DNA of 64,000 nt from a virus: IMG/VR virus record IMGVR_UViG_3300030616_000017, positions 64,001 through 128,000 of that record. One strand, given 5' to 3'. Shown piece by piece: positions 20,194 through 28,750 of the stretch (position 1 is the first letter of the stretch; each line of letters begins with the position of its first letter). A model generated the notes under the pieces. That model saw only the letters and a list, made by a program, of their open reading frames with translations, was not told the origin of the DNA and searched no databases. The translations under genes were made by a program, and so were the position numbers.

Positions 20194-21022
20194 TACGAAA
20201 AAAACTACGAAACAAGGGGTGCTCTATTACCGCACTTGTGCCTATTGCGGCAATGTAGTCACTTATTACCACACAAACAAACCCACCCACTGCCCCTATT
20301 GTGGAGCTTCTAAGTTTGTAAAACCAAAAACAGAAACAACACTTTTTCTTCTTCAAAAGAAGTATTTTGATTCGGGAAGAGACCCCGCCGTTCTAGCTGA
20401 GTTATATAAAAAAATGAAACCGTATACTATTAGTCTTATAAAAAAAGGTCCCCTAAAAAACTTTTATTATGAATATGATGATCTGGACATTAAAGCTTCT
20501 GAAGCTACAAGTCTTGTGATAGAATACTATTTGGCCAAGCCCGCATTTAAGATAGAAAGTTCTTTCGGAGGTTATTTAAATTATAAAATTAAAGAAGTGT
20601 TTTACAATAAGGTCGACCAAAAAGAAGATCAAATGTTATCTCTAAATGGGCTGATTCCCAATCAAGAAGGTAAAACCAAAGAAGTACAAGACCTATCTAT
20701 GCAAATGAACCTCCAACCTATTTTTTACGACGAAAATAAACACCTTCGATACGAAAGGAATAAAAAAGAAGTATTGGAGGGAGTATATAAAATAATCGAT
20801 TTAATTTACAATACAGCGAGACAAGAATTGTCGGTTAAAGATGCAACCTTCGTAATACTAGGTATTTTAATAAGGGTGCAGAAAGATGGTTTAAGAAACA
20901 TAGATGCATATTACCATTTATTTGGCAGCAAATACAAAAAACACGTAGATAAGGCTCTCCTATTTCTTTATGAATTTATTAAGGAGAGCGAACAACACCA
21001 TGAGGAATGGGATCATGAATAA
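20180..21022 (+). CDS. sigma-factor-like protein with N-terminal Zn ribbon
   Basis: CAYC/CPYC, then region-2-like ELYKKMKPY..DDL..SFGGYLNYKIK. Confidence 0.55.
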   Translation: MQIVNTKKTTKQGVLYYRTCAYCGNVVTYYHTNKPTHCPYCGASKFVKPKTETTLFLLQKKYFDSGRDPAVLAELYKKMKPYTISLIKKGPLKNFYYEYDDLDIKASEATSLVIEYYLAKPAFKIESSFGGYLNYKIKEVFYNKVDQKEDQMLSLNGLIPNQEGKTKEVQDLSMQMNLQPIFYDENKHLRYERNKKEVLEGVYKIIDLIYNTARQELSVKDATFVILGILIRVQKDGLRNIDAYYHLFGSKYKKHVDKALLFLYEFIKESEQHHEEWDHE

Positions 21023-21467
21023 CAAAGAAGAAAAAAGAGAATATAAAAATGTTTGGGAATATAGAGTAAAAGAATATTTCAGAAAAAAAGAAAAACAACA
21101 CCAAAATAATTCTTCCACCATACTGTGGGAGATTGTTAATTTGGTTCTTTACGAAAGCACCAAAGATCGACTATTGGTGGACTTGTACAATGTATTAGAC
21201 AAAGAGAATTTTGTAAAAGTTATTTCCCTTCTCGACGGCCGTACTTTCAAATGCCCTACTAAAAAAGAGTTAGAAGAAACCCTTTTACTAGCTTTGTTGT
21301 ATTACGAGAGGGAGGTAGAGCATAAGAGTTGGGGGGAAATACAAAAGACATTCGACTTCCCCGTCTCGTCTATTAAGTATGGTATAAGGATTAAAAATCT
21401 AAACAACTGGATTAAACAAAAAATACAAGAGTTGATACGAGCTCAAGTAGGAGAAAGCAATGGATGA
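21015..21467 (+). CDS. Mor-like HTH transcription regulator
   Basis: LVDLYNVLDKENFVKVISLLDGRTFKCP plus HTH-like KSWGEIQKTF. Confidence 0.45.
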   Translation: MNNKEEKREYKNVWEYRVKEYFRKKEKQHQNNSSTILWEIVNLVLYESTKDRLLVDLYNVLDKENFVKVISLLDGRTFKCPTKKELEETLLLALLYYEREVEHKSWGEIQKTFDFPVSSIKYGIRIKNLNNWIKQKIQELIRAQVGESNG

Positions 21468-21921
21468 AGAAACTAAACAAGAGACACAAGAACTTATAAA
21501 TACACTGAAAAATAAAGATATAGCAGAGGAAATTAAAACCGTCCAAGCGCAAAGTCCTGTGCAGCAATTGAGAGAAAGTTTATTTAACTTTTTTGACAGC
21601 CGATTAAAGGCTATCGAGAAAGAAGACGATTTCCTCCGGGTGGTGAGGGAAGCCCTGATAGCTAAGGTAGAAACAGATGAGATGTCTACCGCCCAACTTA
21701 TGCAACTTTTTAATCAAATTAAAAATCAAAGCAGCAAGTCATTAGAAGTATTACTAAATGCATTTAAGCCAACCGAAGGGGATTCTACTATTATGGGGTC
21801 TAGTTCTCACCCGGATACAGATAGAGCTATTGAGGAATTCAATAATCTTTCCCCCGATCAAAAAGATAATCTGAATAAGATTGCTAATCTGTTGGAGATT
21901 ATGAAACAAAGTAGCGAATAG
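21460..21921 (+). CDS. hypothetical helical protein
   Basis: Coupled ORF with RBS. Confidence 0.55.
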   Translation: MDEETKQETQELINTLKNKDIAEEIKTVQAQSPVQQLRESLFNFFDSRLKAIEKEDDFLRVVREALIAKVETDEMSTAQLMQLFNQIKNQSSKSLEVLLNAFKPTEGDSTIMGSSSHPDTDRAIEEFNNLSPDQKDNLNKIANLLEIMKQSSE

Positions 21922-21960
21922 TACTTTACTATTCACAATAAAGTAGTTATATTATATAAG

Positions 21961-22539
21961 ATGTTACCATATTTATCATACAAAGATTATACTGAATTTT
22001 ACAATAGGAATGGGCGTACGGTTGACCAAATGGTTAAACCCAAGAACCCACTTAGCGAAAGGCAACTCCATTCGAAATACGAAAAGTATTTGAAAAAGTT
22101 GGATAAGCAAACCGCTAAGATAGAAAGGGGTATGAAAAAATCTCTTAAACCCTCTAAGACTAAGATTGACGAGGCGTGGAAAAAAGTAGCCACTAAAGTG
22201 AGAAGAAGAGATAGAGTATGCCAACTTTGGCCTCGTCTCTTCGCTAATGAGCAGAACGAAGTAATAACATCTACTGGCTATTTTTTACTAGACATTACAG
22301 ATCCTGCTCACATTTTTAGTAGAGGTTCGTACCCCCATATGAAATATGACGAAGAAAATGTAGTATTGTTATCACGTCTTTTTCATAGCCGCATTGATCA
22401 ACTCCAAGATCCTGTTACAGGAGAGTCAATTAGCCCTGAAGAAAGGCAACAGTGGTGGATACGCATTGTAGGTAAAAATCGTTACGACAAATTATATAAC
22501 AAAGCTCACAAGAAGGAAAAAGAGGAAACGAATGGCTAA
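21961..22539 (+). CDS. HNH/NinG-like nuclease
   Basis: RRRDRVC..DPAHIFSR..N....FH. Confidence 0.55.
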   Translation: MLPYLSYKDYTEFYNRNGRTVDQMVKPKNPLSERQLHSKYEKYLKKLDKQTAKIERGMKKSLKPSKTKIDEAWKKVATKVRRRDRVCQLWPRLFANEQNEVITSTGYFLLDITDPAHIFSRGSYPHMKYDEENVVLLSRLFHSRIDQLQDPVTGESISPEERQQWWIRIVGKNRYDKLYNKAHKKEKEETNG

Positions 22540-23665
22540 AAGACCAAAAAAAGAACAAGAAGCAACTACACCCGATGTAACAAAAGAATTAAATTCACTT
22601 ATGAATTCAATTAACAAAGCTTACGGAGATGGCATAGTACAAATAGGCGAAAGCGTAATGAATCAAAAAGTGGAAAGATGGGAAATTGATTCTCCGAACG
22701 TGTCTTATGTGTTAGGAGGAGGAATTCCTAAAGGACGTATTATAGAGTTGTACGGGCCGGAGAGTTCTGGCAAAACAACATTAGCTACTTTTATGGCCGC
22801 TCAGATTCAGCAGAGAGGTGGAAAAGTAGCTGTTATAGACGCTGAACATGGTTTCGATATGGAGTATGCAGAAACGCTCGGCTTGAAAAAAGAAGAGGTA
22901 GTTTTCTCTCAACCCAGCTCAGGAGAGCAAGCCCTCAATGTTACACAAAAAATGGCTGAATCCGGTTTAATCGATTTTATCGTTATAGATTCTGTTGCTG
23001 CTCTCACGCCCGAAGCAGAAATTGCAGGAGAAATGGGCGACCAGACTATGGGTCTTCAAGCTCGTTTGATGGGGAGAGCTTTAAGAAAACTCATCGCTGT
23101 TTGCAACGAAACAAAAACTACTCTTTGTTTTATTAACCAAATCAGAATGAAAATCGGGGTATTGTATGGTAACCCCGAAACCACTCCTGGAGGCAAAGCC
23201 CTCAAATTCTACAGTTCTGTTCGTCTTGAAATCCGTAAAGTAGAGTGGATCAAAGAGAAACAAGAAGTAATAGGAGTTACTTCTCGTGTAAAGGGGGCTA
23301 AGAATAAAGTAGCACCTCCTTTTAGAAAAGCGGAAATAAATATTATTTTTGGAAAAGGACTGCAATACGAAATGGAATACGTAGACCATGCCATCACCTA
23401 CGACATTGTAAAGAAAGGAGGGGCGTGGTATAGTGTATTTGATGAAAAGGGGGAATTCATAGATAAGTTTCAAGGCAAAGACAATCTTGTGGCTTATCTA
23501 AAAGAGAACGATGATGTATTCTCTCTCATCAAAGAACAAACTAAAAAAGCTATTGCAGGTAAGGTTATTAACGAGGTAGAGGAGGAAGAAAATGAACAAG
23601 CATTTGAAACCGATGAAATCGATTCCAATAGACTACAAGAAGATGGCTTACAATCAACTGATTGA
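22532..23665 (+). CDS. recA: recombinase RecA
   Basis: GPESSGKTT, DSVAAL, FINQIR, GGKALKFYSSVR. Confidence 0.98.
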   Translation: MAKRPKKEQEATTPDVTKELNSLMNSINKAYGDGIVQIGESVMNQKVERWEIDSPNVSYVLGGGIPKGRIIELYGPESSGKTTLATFMAAQIQQRGGKVAVIDAEHGFDMEYAETLGLKKEEVVFSQPSSGEQALNVTQKMAESGLIDFIVIDSVAALTPEAEIAGEMGDQTMGLQARLMGRALRKLIAVCNETKTTLCFINQIRMKIGVLYGNPETTPGGKALKFYSSVRLEIRKVEWIKEKQEVIGVTSRVKGAKNKVAPPFRKAEINIIFGKGLQYEMEYVDHAITYDIVKKGGAWYSVFDEKGEFIDKFQGKDNLVAYLKENDDVFSLIKEQTKKAIAGKVINEVEEEENEQAFETDEIDSNRLQEDGLQSTD

Positions 23666-23775
23666 GGTTATCTATTACAGCCAGTTGGAATTAGAAGAAA
23701 GGGGAACCAAAACCTCTTGTAAGGAAAACTCGCTAAGACAAAAATATATAAGACAATAAAAGGAGTACAACAATA

Positions 23776-24162
23776 ATGGATTGGAGTGAATATCAGGAAG
23801 GTACAACAGCAACAGCCATGTTTAAGAATTCTGTAAAGGATATTATTCTTTTTGATAGAGAGGAAGGACAGAGCAATCAGAGAGTATTGAATTCCTTAGA
23901 GTTAAGTTACATAGGCCTAGGTTTAGGAGAAGTAGGAGAAATTCAGAATAAGCTTAAAAAGATTATTCGTGATGATAAAGGGATTATTAGAGAAGAGGTC
24001 CGCAAGGATTTGTTAAAAGAAGCAGGAGACGCTCTTTATTATCTTACACAATTAGTTGATAAGCTTGGAGGAACATTAGAAGAAACAGCTCAGGATAATC
24101 ATGATAAACTTTTTTCACGAATGGATAGAGGGGTTATTCAGGGTTCTGGTGATAATAGATAA
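23776..24162 (+). CDS. MazG-like NTP pyrophosphohydrolase
   Basis: GEVGE..KKIIRD..EAGD..Y..GSGDNR. Confidence 0.88.
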   Translation: MDWSEYQEGTTATAMFKNSVKDIILFDREEGQSNQRVLNSLELSYIGLGLGEVGEIQNKLKKIIRDDKGIIREEVRKDLLKEAGDALYYLTQLVDKLGGTLEETAQDNHDKLFSRMDRGVIQGSGDNR

Positions 24163-24179
24163 AAAGTATAAGGAGTAGT

Positions 24180-26486
24180 ATGGTGGAGAAGTTTACGTTC
24201 AAGCAGAACATAAGTGAAGAAATATTTGAACAAAAATATAATCTGTATAATCAAGCAACTGTAGAAGATGTCATGGAGAGCGTTGCTGAAGAAGTGGCTT
24301 TAGCAGAAGAAACAAAAGAAGATGTGGAAAAATGGAAAAGTGTTTTTTATGATGAGTTAATAAGTACGCGATTAATCCCTGCAGGCCGTATTCTTGCGAA
24401 TGCAAGACCTTTTTCCACCATGAAAAATTACAACAATTGTTTTACCATTGATGTAGAAGATAATATGGAGGGAATTTATCAATCCATCTATGAAGATGCT
24501 ATGATAAGTAGAACAGGAGGAGGAGTAGGGTTTGATATTTCTAAATTACGCCCCAAAAATTCTCCTCTTTCTAAGTTACAGGGGGCTGTCAGTTCTGGTC
24601 CTATGTCTTTTCTGCGTATTTTTAACGAAAGTGCTAAAATTATTCAGACAGGGGGTTATAGAAGAAGTGCTCATATAGCCCTTATGGATATTTCTCACCC
24701 AGATATTGAAGAATTCATTACTGCTAAAAGAGGAGATATAAATAAAGAGTTTACTCAGTTTAATATATCTGTAAAAATACCAGACGCTTTTATGAAAGCG
24801 GTAAAAGATGATGCAGATTGGGATTTAGAGTTTGAAGGAACGGTTTATAAAACAGTCAAAGCCCGCCATTTATACAAGCTTCTTTCTGATAACGCTTTTA
24901 TGCACAATGAACCCGGTGTATTTTATTCTGATACCGTTGAAAAGTATAATAACGGCTGGTGGGCATTTAAACTTGATCGTGTTAATCCCTGTGGCGAGAT
25001 CGTAATGCCTCCTTATTCACTCTGTTGTTTGAGCGCGGTTAATTTATCTCAATTTGTAAGAAACCCTTTCGAAAAGGAAGCCGCTTTTGATTACAAAGCT
25101 TATGCGGAAACAGTCCGAGTAGGAATTAGATTTTTAGATAATGTGTTGGAGCGCACAGATTATCCCCTTGAGCGAATTGAAGAGTTTTCAAAGGAATGGA
25201 GAAGAATAGGTTTAGGTATTACAGGCTTAGGAGATGCCTTTGCTATGCTAGGAATAAAGTATGGCAGTAAAGAATCTAAAATACTAGCTGAAGCGATTGC
25301 AGAAACGCATATGGTAGAGTCTTATACTACCAGTGTAGAGCTTGCTAAAGAAAAAGGGCCTTTTTTAGCTTGTGATAAGAAAAAGCTATCTCAAAGCGCC
25401 TTCATTACAAACAGACTTCCTGAAAGCTTGCAGAAGAAAATAGCAAAAGTGGGTTTAAGGAATATCGCTCTTAATACAATTGCACCTACCGGCACCATTT
25501 CTTTTTCTATAGGGCAGAACTGCAGTAGTGGAGTAGAACCCATCTTTTCTCTTCAGTATGATAGAAATATCAGAACAGGAAGAGGGGACGAAACAAGAAC
25601 AGAAACAGTGTATGATTATGCTTGGTTGAAATATATAGAGCATCTAGGAGAAAATCATTTAGAGTTTAATGGAGATGTTCCTGAGTTTTTTAATACGACG
25701 CTAAATATTGATCCTTATGACGCTATTGATATCCAAGCTATTTGGCAAACGTATATTGATCACTCTATCTCCAAAACTCTCAATTTACCCAAAGGAACTA
25801 AAAAAGCAGATTATGATAAACTTTTTGAGTATGCTTACGAAAAAGGTCTTAAAGGGTTTACAACATTTAATCCTGAAGGTTCTATGAAGGGCGTGCTAGA
25901 ATATAACGAAGCGAAAGAAGAGCAGGTAGATGAATTCGGCCGTCCGCTTACTATTAATAGAACTAATGCTCCAAAGCGCCCTAAAGAGCTACAATGTGAT
26001 ATGCATCAAATCGTAGTGAATAAAGAAAAACATTTGGTGTTAATAGGAAGATTAGACGATGGGTCTATTTATGAAGTATTTGTTACTCCTAATACCGACA
26101 ACCAAATTGACATAGGAACATATAAAAAAGGCCTGCTGAGAAAAGTAAAGAAAGGGCATTATCAGTTGGTTGTCGTGAATGGAGAAGAGAAGAAGATTAT
26201 TGAAGATATTGGAAAACAGTTTAATGAACTTTATGGCTCCCTCTCTCGTTTTATATCTATGGGGCTAAGGCATGGAATTGATCTTCAGTTTGTAATTACA
26301 CAGCTTCAAAAAGATACTTCTTTTGCTTCATTTGAAAAAGCTGTCGCAAGAGTGCTTAAAAAATATCTGAGAGAAGGAGAGAAGGTAAAAATCTCAGAGG
26401 CATGCCCCGTGTGTGATTCAACTAATCTCTTTTTCAAAGAAGGCTGTATGACTTGTGCTGATTGTGGGTGGTCAAAATGCAGTTAG
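24180..26486 (+). CDS. nrdJ: class II (B12-dependent) ribonucleotide reductase
   Basis: PAGR, NCF, NPCGE, IAPTGT, C-terminal EGC..CGWSKC; no small subunit gene in the window. Confidence 0.93.
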   Translation: MVEKFTFKQNISEEIFEQKYNLYNQATVEDVMESVAEEVALAEETKEDVEKWKSVFYDELISTRLIPAGRILANARPFSTMKNYNNCFTIDVEDNMEGIYQSIYEDAMISRTGGGVGFDISKLRPKNSPLSKLQGAVSSGPMSFLRIFNESAKIIQTGGYRRSAHIALMDISHPDIEEFITAKRGDINKEFTQFNISVKIPDAFMKAVKDDADWDLEFEGTVYKTVKARHLYKLLSDNAFMHNEPGVFYSDTVEKYNNGWWAFKLDRVNPCGEIVMPPYSLCCLSAVNLSQFVRNPFEKEAAFDYKAYAETVRVGIRFLDNVLERTDYPLERIEEFSKEWRRIGLGITGLGDAFAMLGIKYGSKESKILAEAIAETHMVESYTTSVELAKEKGPFLACDKKKLSQSAFITNRLPESLQKKIAKVGLRNIALNTIAPTGTISFSIGQNCSSGVEPIFSLQYDRNIRTGRGDETRTETVYDYAWLKYIEHLGENHLEFNGDVPEFFNTTLNIDPYDAIDIQAIWQTYIDHSISKTLNLPKGTKKADYDKLFEYAYEKGLKGFTTFNPEGSMKGVLEYNEAKEEQVDEFGRPLTINRTNAPKRPKELQCDMHQIVVNKEKHLVLIGRLDDGSIYEVFVTPNTDNQIDIGTYKKGLLRKVKKGHYQLVVVNGEEKKIIEDIGKQFNELYGSLSRFISMGLRHGIDLQFVITQLQKDTSFASFEKAVARVLKKYLREGEKVKISEACPVCDSTNLFFKEGCMTCADCGWSKCS

Positions 26487-26559
26487 TTTTTAAGATATTA
26501 GCTACTAATATAAAAATGGTAGACATTGTAGATCGGGATAATTTTTATTGACTCATTTT

Positions 26560-26588
26560 AATACCCCCTTCGTGGAGGTATTTTTTTT
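26560..26588 (+). terminator. terminator-like hairpin in the permease leader
   Basis: AATACCCCC/GGAGGTATT stem plus T run. Confidence 0.6.
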
Positions 26589-26615
26589 GGGTAAAAACAA
26601 CTATAGGAGGTTGGA

Positions 26616-27827
26616 ATGAAACTTTTCACAGAAACATGGAAACAAAAGATGCAGGATATCATTGTAGGTATTCAGTATCTTTTCGTAGCGGCAGGAGCAA
26701 CAATTCTTGTTCCTCTGTTAACAGGTATTCCTGTATCAGTATGCGTAGTGACAGCTGGTATAGGGACTCTTATTTTTCACTTCATTACGGGTAAGGGAGT
26801 ACCTGTTCTTCTTTCTTCATCGTTTGCATTTATTGCGCCGATTGTGGCTGTAAAAGAACTATATGGTTTGCCTTTTGCATACGGAGGAGTTATTGTAGCT
26901 GGTTTATTGTACTTACTGTTTGCAGCTCTTATCTATTTTGTTGGGTTAGAGTTTATTAAAAAACTATTTCCCACCCCTGTGACAGCAACGATGGTAATTC
27001 TAATCGGTTTAATTTTAGCTCCTGTTGCGATTTCAAGTGCTTCACAAAACTGGATTATTGCTTTGATTACTCTTGCTGCTGGAGCTGCTATTAAAGTTGT
27101 GTGGGATAATAAATTCATTGGCTCATTAGCTATAATTGGAGCAATGGCTGTAGGATATCTTGTTTCAATAGCAGCAGGAATTGTAGATGTAAGCGCTGTT
27201 CAAGCAGCTGCGCTTGTAGGTGTTCCTGAATTTCAATTACCTCAATTTAATGCAAACGCTATTATGATTATTGCTCCGATTGCTATTGTAACATTTCTAG
27301 AACATTTTGCAGATATTTCCGCAGTGAGTAAAGTAGTTGAAAAAGATTTTCTAAAAGATCCTGGTGTACATAAAACATTGATAGGCGATGGTATAGCAAC
27401 AGCAATTGCTGGTTGTTTAGGAGGTTGTCCTAATACCACGTATTCAGAAAATATAGGGGCATTAGAGATTACAGGAGTTAAGAGAGCTAGCGTACTAAGA
27501 ATAACAGCTATAGCTTTAATCGTGGTAGGGTTTCTTCCTAAGATTGCATACCTTATTCATTCTATTCCTGCTCCTGTTGTGGGAGGAATCAGCATTCTTC
27601 TTTTCGGTCTTATCTCAGCAAATGGAGTTAAAAACCTAGTACAAGAACAAATTGATCTCAAAGATCATAAGAACCTCTTTATTATAGCGTCCATGTTAAT
27701 TGTTGGTGCTGGAGGCTCAGTTATTGAAATAGGTTCAGTTACATTTTCCAGCTTAGCTCTTGCAGCTCTTGTAGGTATAGTGATGAACGTAGCGTTCAAT
27801 TGGAAAACTTTTTTCAAAAAAAGTTAA
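26616..27827 (+). CDS. NCS2 nucleobase permease (uracil/xanthine, UraA-like)
   Basis: SSFAF, EH..D, GDG, PNTTYSENIG signature; many TM segments. Confidence 0.93.
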   Translation: MKLFTETWKQKMQDIIVGIQYLFVAAGATILVPLLTGIPVSVCVVTAGIGTLIFHFITGKGVPVLLSSSFAFIAPIVAVKELYGLPFAYGGVIVAGLLYLLFAALIYFVGLEFIKKLFPTPVTATMVILIGLILAPVAISSASQNWIIALITLAAGAAIKVVWDNKFIGSLAIIGAMAVGYLVSIAAGIVDVSAVQAAALVGVPEFQLPQFNANAIMIIAPIAIVTFLEHFADISAVSKVVEKDFLKDPGVHKTLIGDGIATAIAGCLGGCPNTTYSENIGALEITGVKRASVLRITAIALIVVGFLPKIAYLIHSIPAPVVGGISILLFGLISANGVKNLVQEQIDLKDHKNLFIIASMLIVGAGGSVIEIGSVTFSSLALAALVGIVMNVAFNWKTFFKKS

Positions 27828-27835
27828 GAAAGTAG

Positions 27836-27866
27836 TTGAAAAATCTCTTTCGCTTGGTTATATTAT
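27836..27866 (+). promoter_or_regulatory. sigma70-like promoter (recurrent phage consensus)
   Basis: TTGAAA-17 nt-TATATT, just upstream of the mini-tmRNA. Confidence 0.7.
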
Positions 27867-27873
27867 GAGGAGA

Positions 27874-27978
27874 GGGGGAGAAAATGGATTCGACTGCTAC
27901 ACTGCTGAAGCGACGAAAGGCCCAAAGTAACGAAAGCTGAGGTGTAGCAGGACTCGGGTTCGATGCCCGACTCCTCCA
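27874..27978 (+). ncRNA. ssrA: miniature tmRNA (tRNA-like domain only)
   Basis: 5' GGGGGAG-AAAATGGATTCGAC; helix CTGCTACACT/GGTGTAGCAG; GAC-TCGGG TTCGATG CCCGA; acceptor with G3:U70 and A73. Confidence 0.85.
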
Positions 27979-27991
27979 AAATAAAAAATAT

Positions 27992-28081
27992 GGGCAAGTG
28001 GCGAAGCTGGTTGAAACGCATGAGACTTAAAATCTCATACCCAAGCGGTAAACATCGTGGGTTCGATCCCCACCTTGCCTA
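27992..28081 (+). tRNA. tRNA-Leu(TAA)
   Basis: Cloverleaf; TGAGA-CTTAAAA-TCTCA; long variable arm. Confidence 0.93.
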
Positions 28082-28085
28082 ATAT

Positions 28086-28159
28086 GGCACCTTAGCTCAG
28101 CTGGATAGAGCATGAGATTTCTAATCTCAGGGTCACAGGTTCGAATCCTGTAGGTGTCA
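28086..28159 (+). tRNA. tRNA-Arg(TCT)
   Basis: Cloverleaf; TGAGA-TTTCTAA-TCTCA. Confidence 0.95.
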
Positions 28160-28175
28160 TACTAATATAAAAAAT

Positions 28176-28248
28176 GGACCGTTAGCTCAGTCGGTAGAGC
28201 AACGCACTTTTAATGCGTAGGTCACAGGATCGTAGCCTGTACGGTTCA
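28176..28248 (+). tRNA. tRNA-Lys(TTT), atypical T-loop
   Basis: ACGCA-CTTTTAA-TGCGT; T-loop ATCGTAG. Confidence 0.9.
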
Positions 28249-28252
28249 CTAA

Positions 28253-28324
28253 GGTTTATTCGTATATTGGTTAGTACGCTGGATTGTCGATCCAGAAGGC
28301 GGGGTTCGATTCCCCGATAGACCG
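28253..28324 (+). tRNA. tRNA-Asp(GTC)
   Basis: CTGGA-TTGTCGA-TCCAG; G73. Confidence 0.92.
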
Positions 28325-28368
28325 TTTTTGTAAGAAATCTATATAGTTTTTTCTTACAAAATCTCTTT

Positions 28369-28442
28369 GCTCCCTTCGTCTAATCGGTTAGGATATCGCC
28401 CTTTCAAGGCGAAGATATCGGGTTCAAGTCCCGTAGGGAGTA
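28369..28442 (+). tRNA. tRNA-Glu(TTC)
   Basis: TCGCC-CTTTCAA-GGCGA. Confidence 0.93.
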
Positions 28443-28454
28443 AAACATTTTACT

Positions 28455-28486
28455 TTACTTTTTGGTAGAAAATGATTATATTATAT
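28455..28486 (+). promoter_or_regulatory. promoter for the ncRNA triplet/TerD/RNA ligase unit
   Basis: TTTACT..TTATATTATA consensus ending 2 nt before repeat 1. Confidence 0.65.
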
Positions 28487-28488
28487 AT

Positions 28489-28546
28489 GTAGGCAGAGGG
28501 AGTTCCTCTAAAAAACACGGTGAAAGTTTGAATACTCTCCGCCTAC
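28489..28546 (+). ncRNA. bulged-stem ncRNA, copy 1 (Y-RNA-like candidate)
   Basis: GTAGGC-AGA-GGGAGT-TCCT...ACTCTC-C-GCCTAC. Confidence 0.75.
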
Positions 28547-28561
28547 TTTATTGAAATTAAT

Positions 28562-28617
28562 ATGGCATAGAGGGTTCCTATACTATCAACTTTAAATTGA
28601 ATTCTACCCTCCGCCAT
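28562..28617 (+). ncRNA. bulged-stem ncRNA, copy 2
   Basis: ATGGC-ATA-GAGGGT-TCCT...ACCCTC-C-GCCAT. Confidence 0.75.
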
Positions 28618-28633
28618 TTTAATATGAGTAATT

Positions 28634-28723
28634 AAGGGCATAAGAAGTTCCTAATGTAAAGAATTTACAGGGCAACTCCTACGGGAGCAGGGCCCTGTGC
28701 CAACAAACTTACTTCTCGCCCTT
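28634..28723 (+). ncRNA. bulged-stem ncRNA, copy 3
   Basis: AAGGGC-ATA-AGAAGT-TCCT...ACTTCT-C-GCCCTT; internal C(UACG)G hairpin. Confidence 0.75.
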
Positions 28724-28750
28724 TTATTAACCTACCAAAAGGAGAATCAA

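Noticed and set aside
24180-26486. Inteins or introns in nrdJ, polA, recA, terL or dnaB
   Set aside because: Normal lengths, continuous frames and no splice motifs seen.
26510-26600. PyrR site, purine or preQ1 riboswitch
   Set aside because: Consensus cores are not found; retained only as an unknown leader.
28489-28723. CRISPR mini-array interpretation of the three repeats
   Set aside because: The repeats conserve structure rather than sequence, enclose the variable part instead of alternating with it, and no cas genes are present.
28697-28750. N-terminal extension of the 665-aa ORF
   Set aside because: It overlaps ncRNA copy 3; the RBS supports the ATG at 28751.
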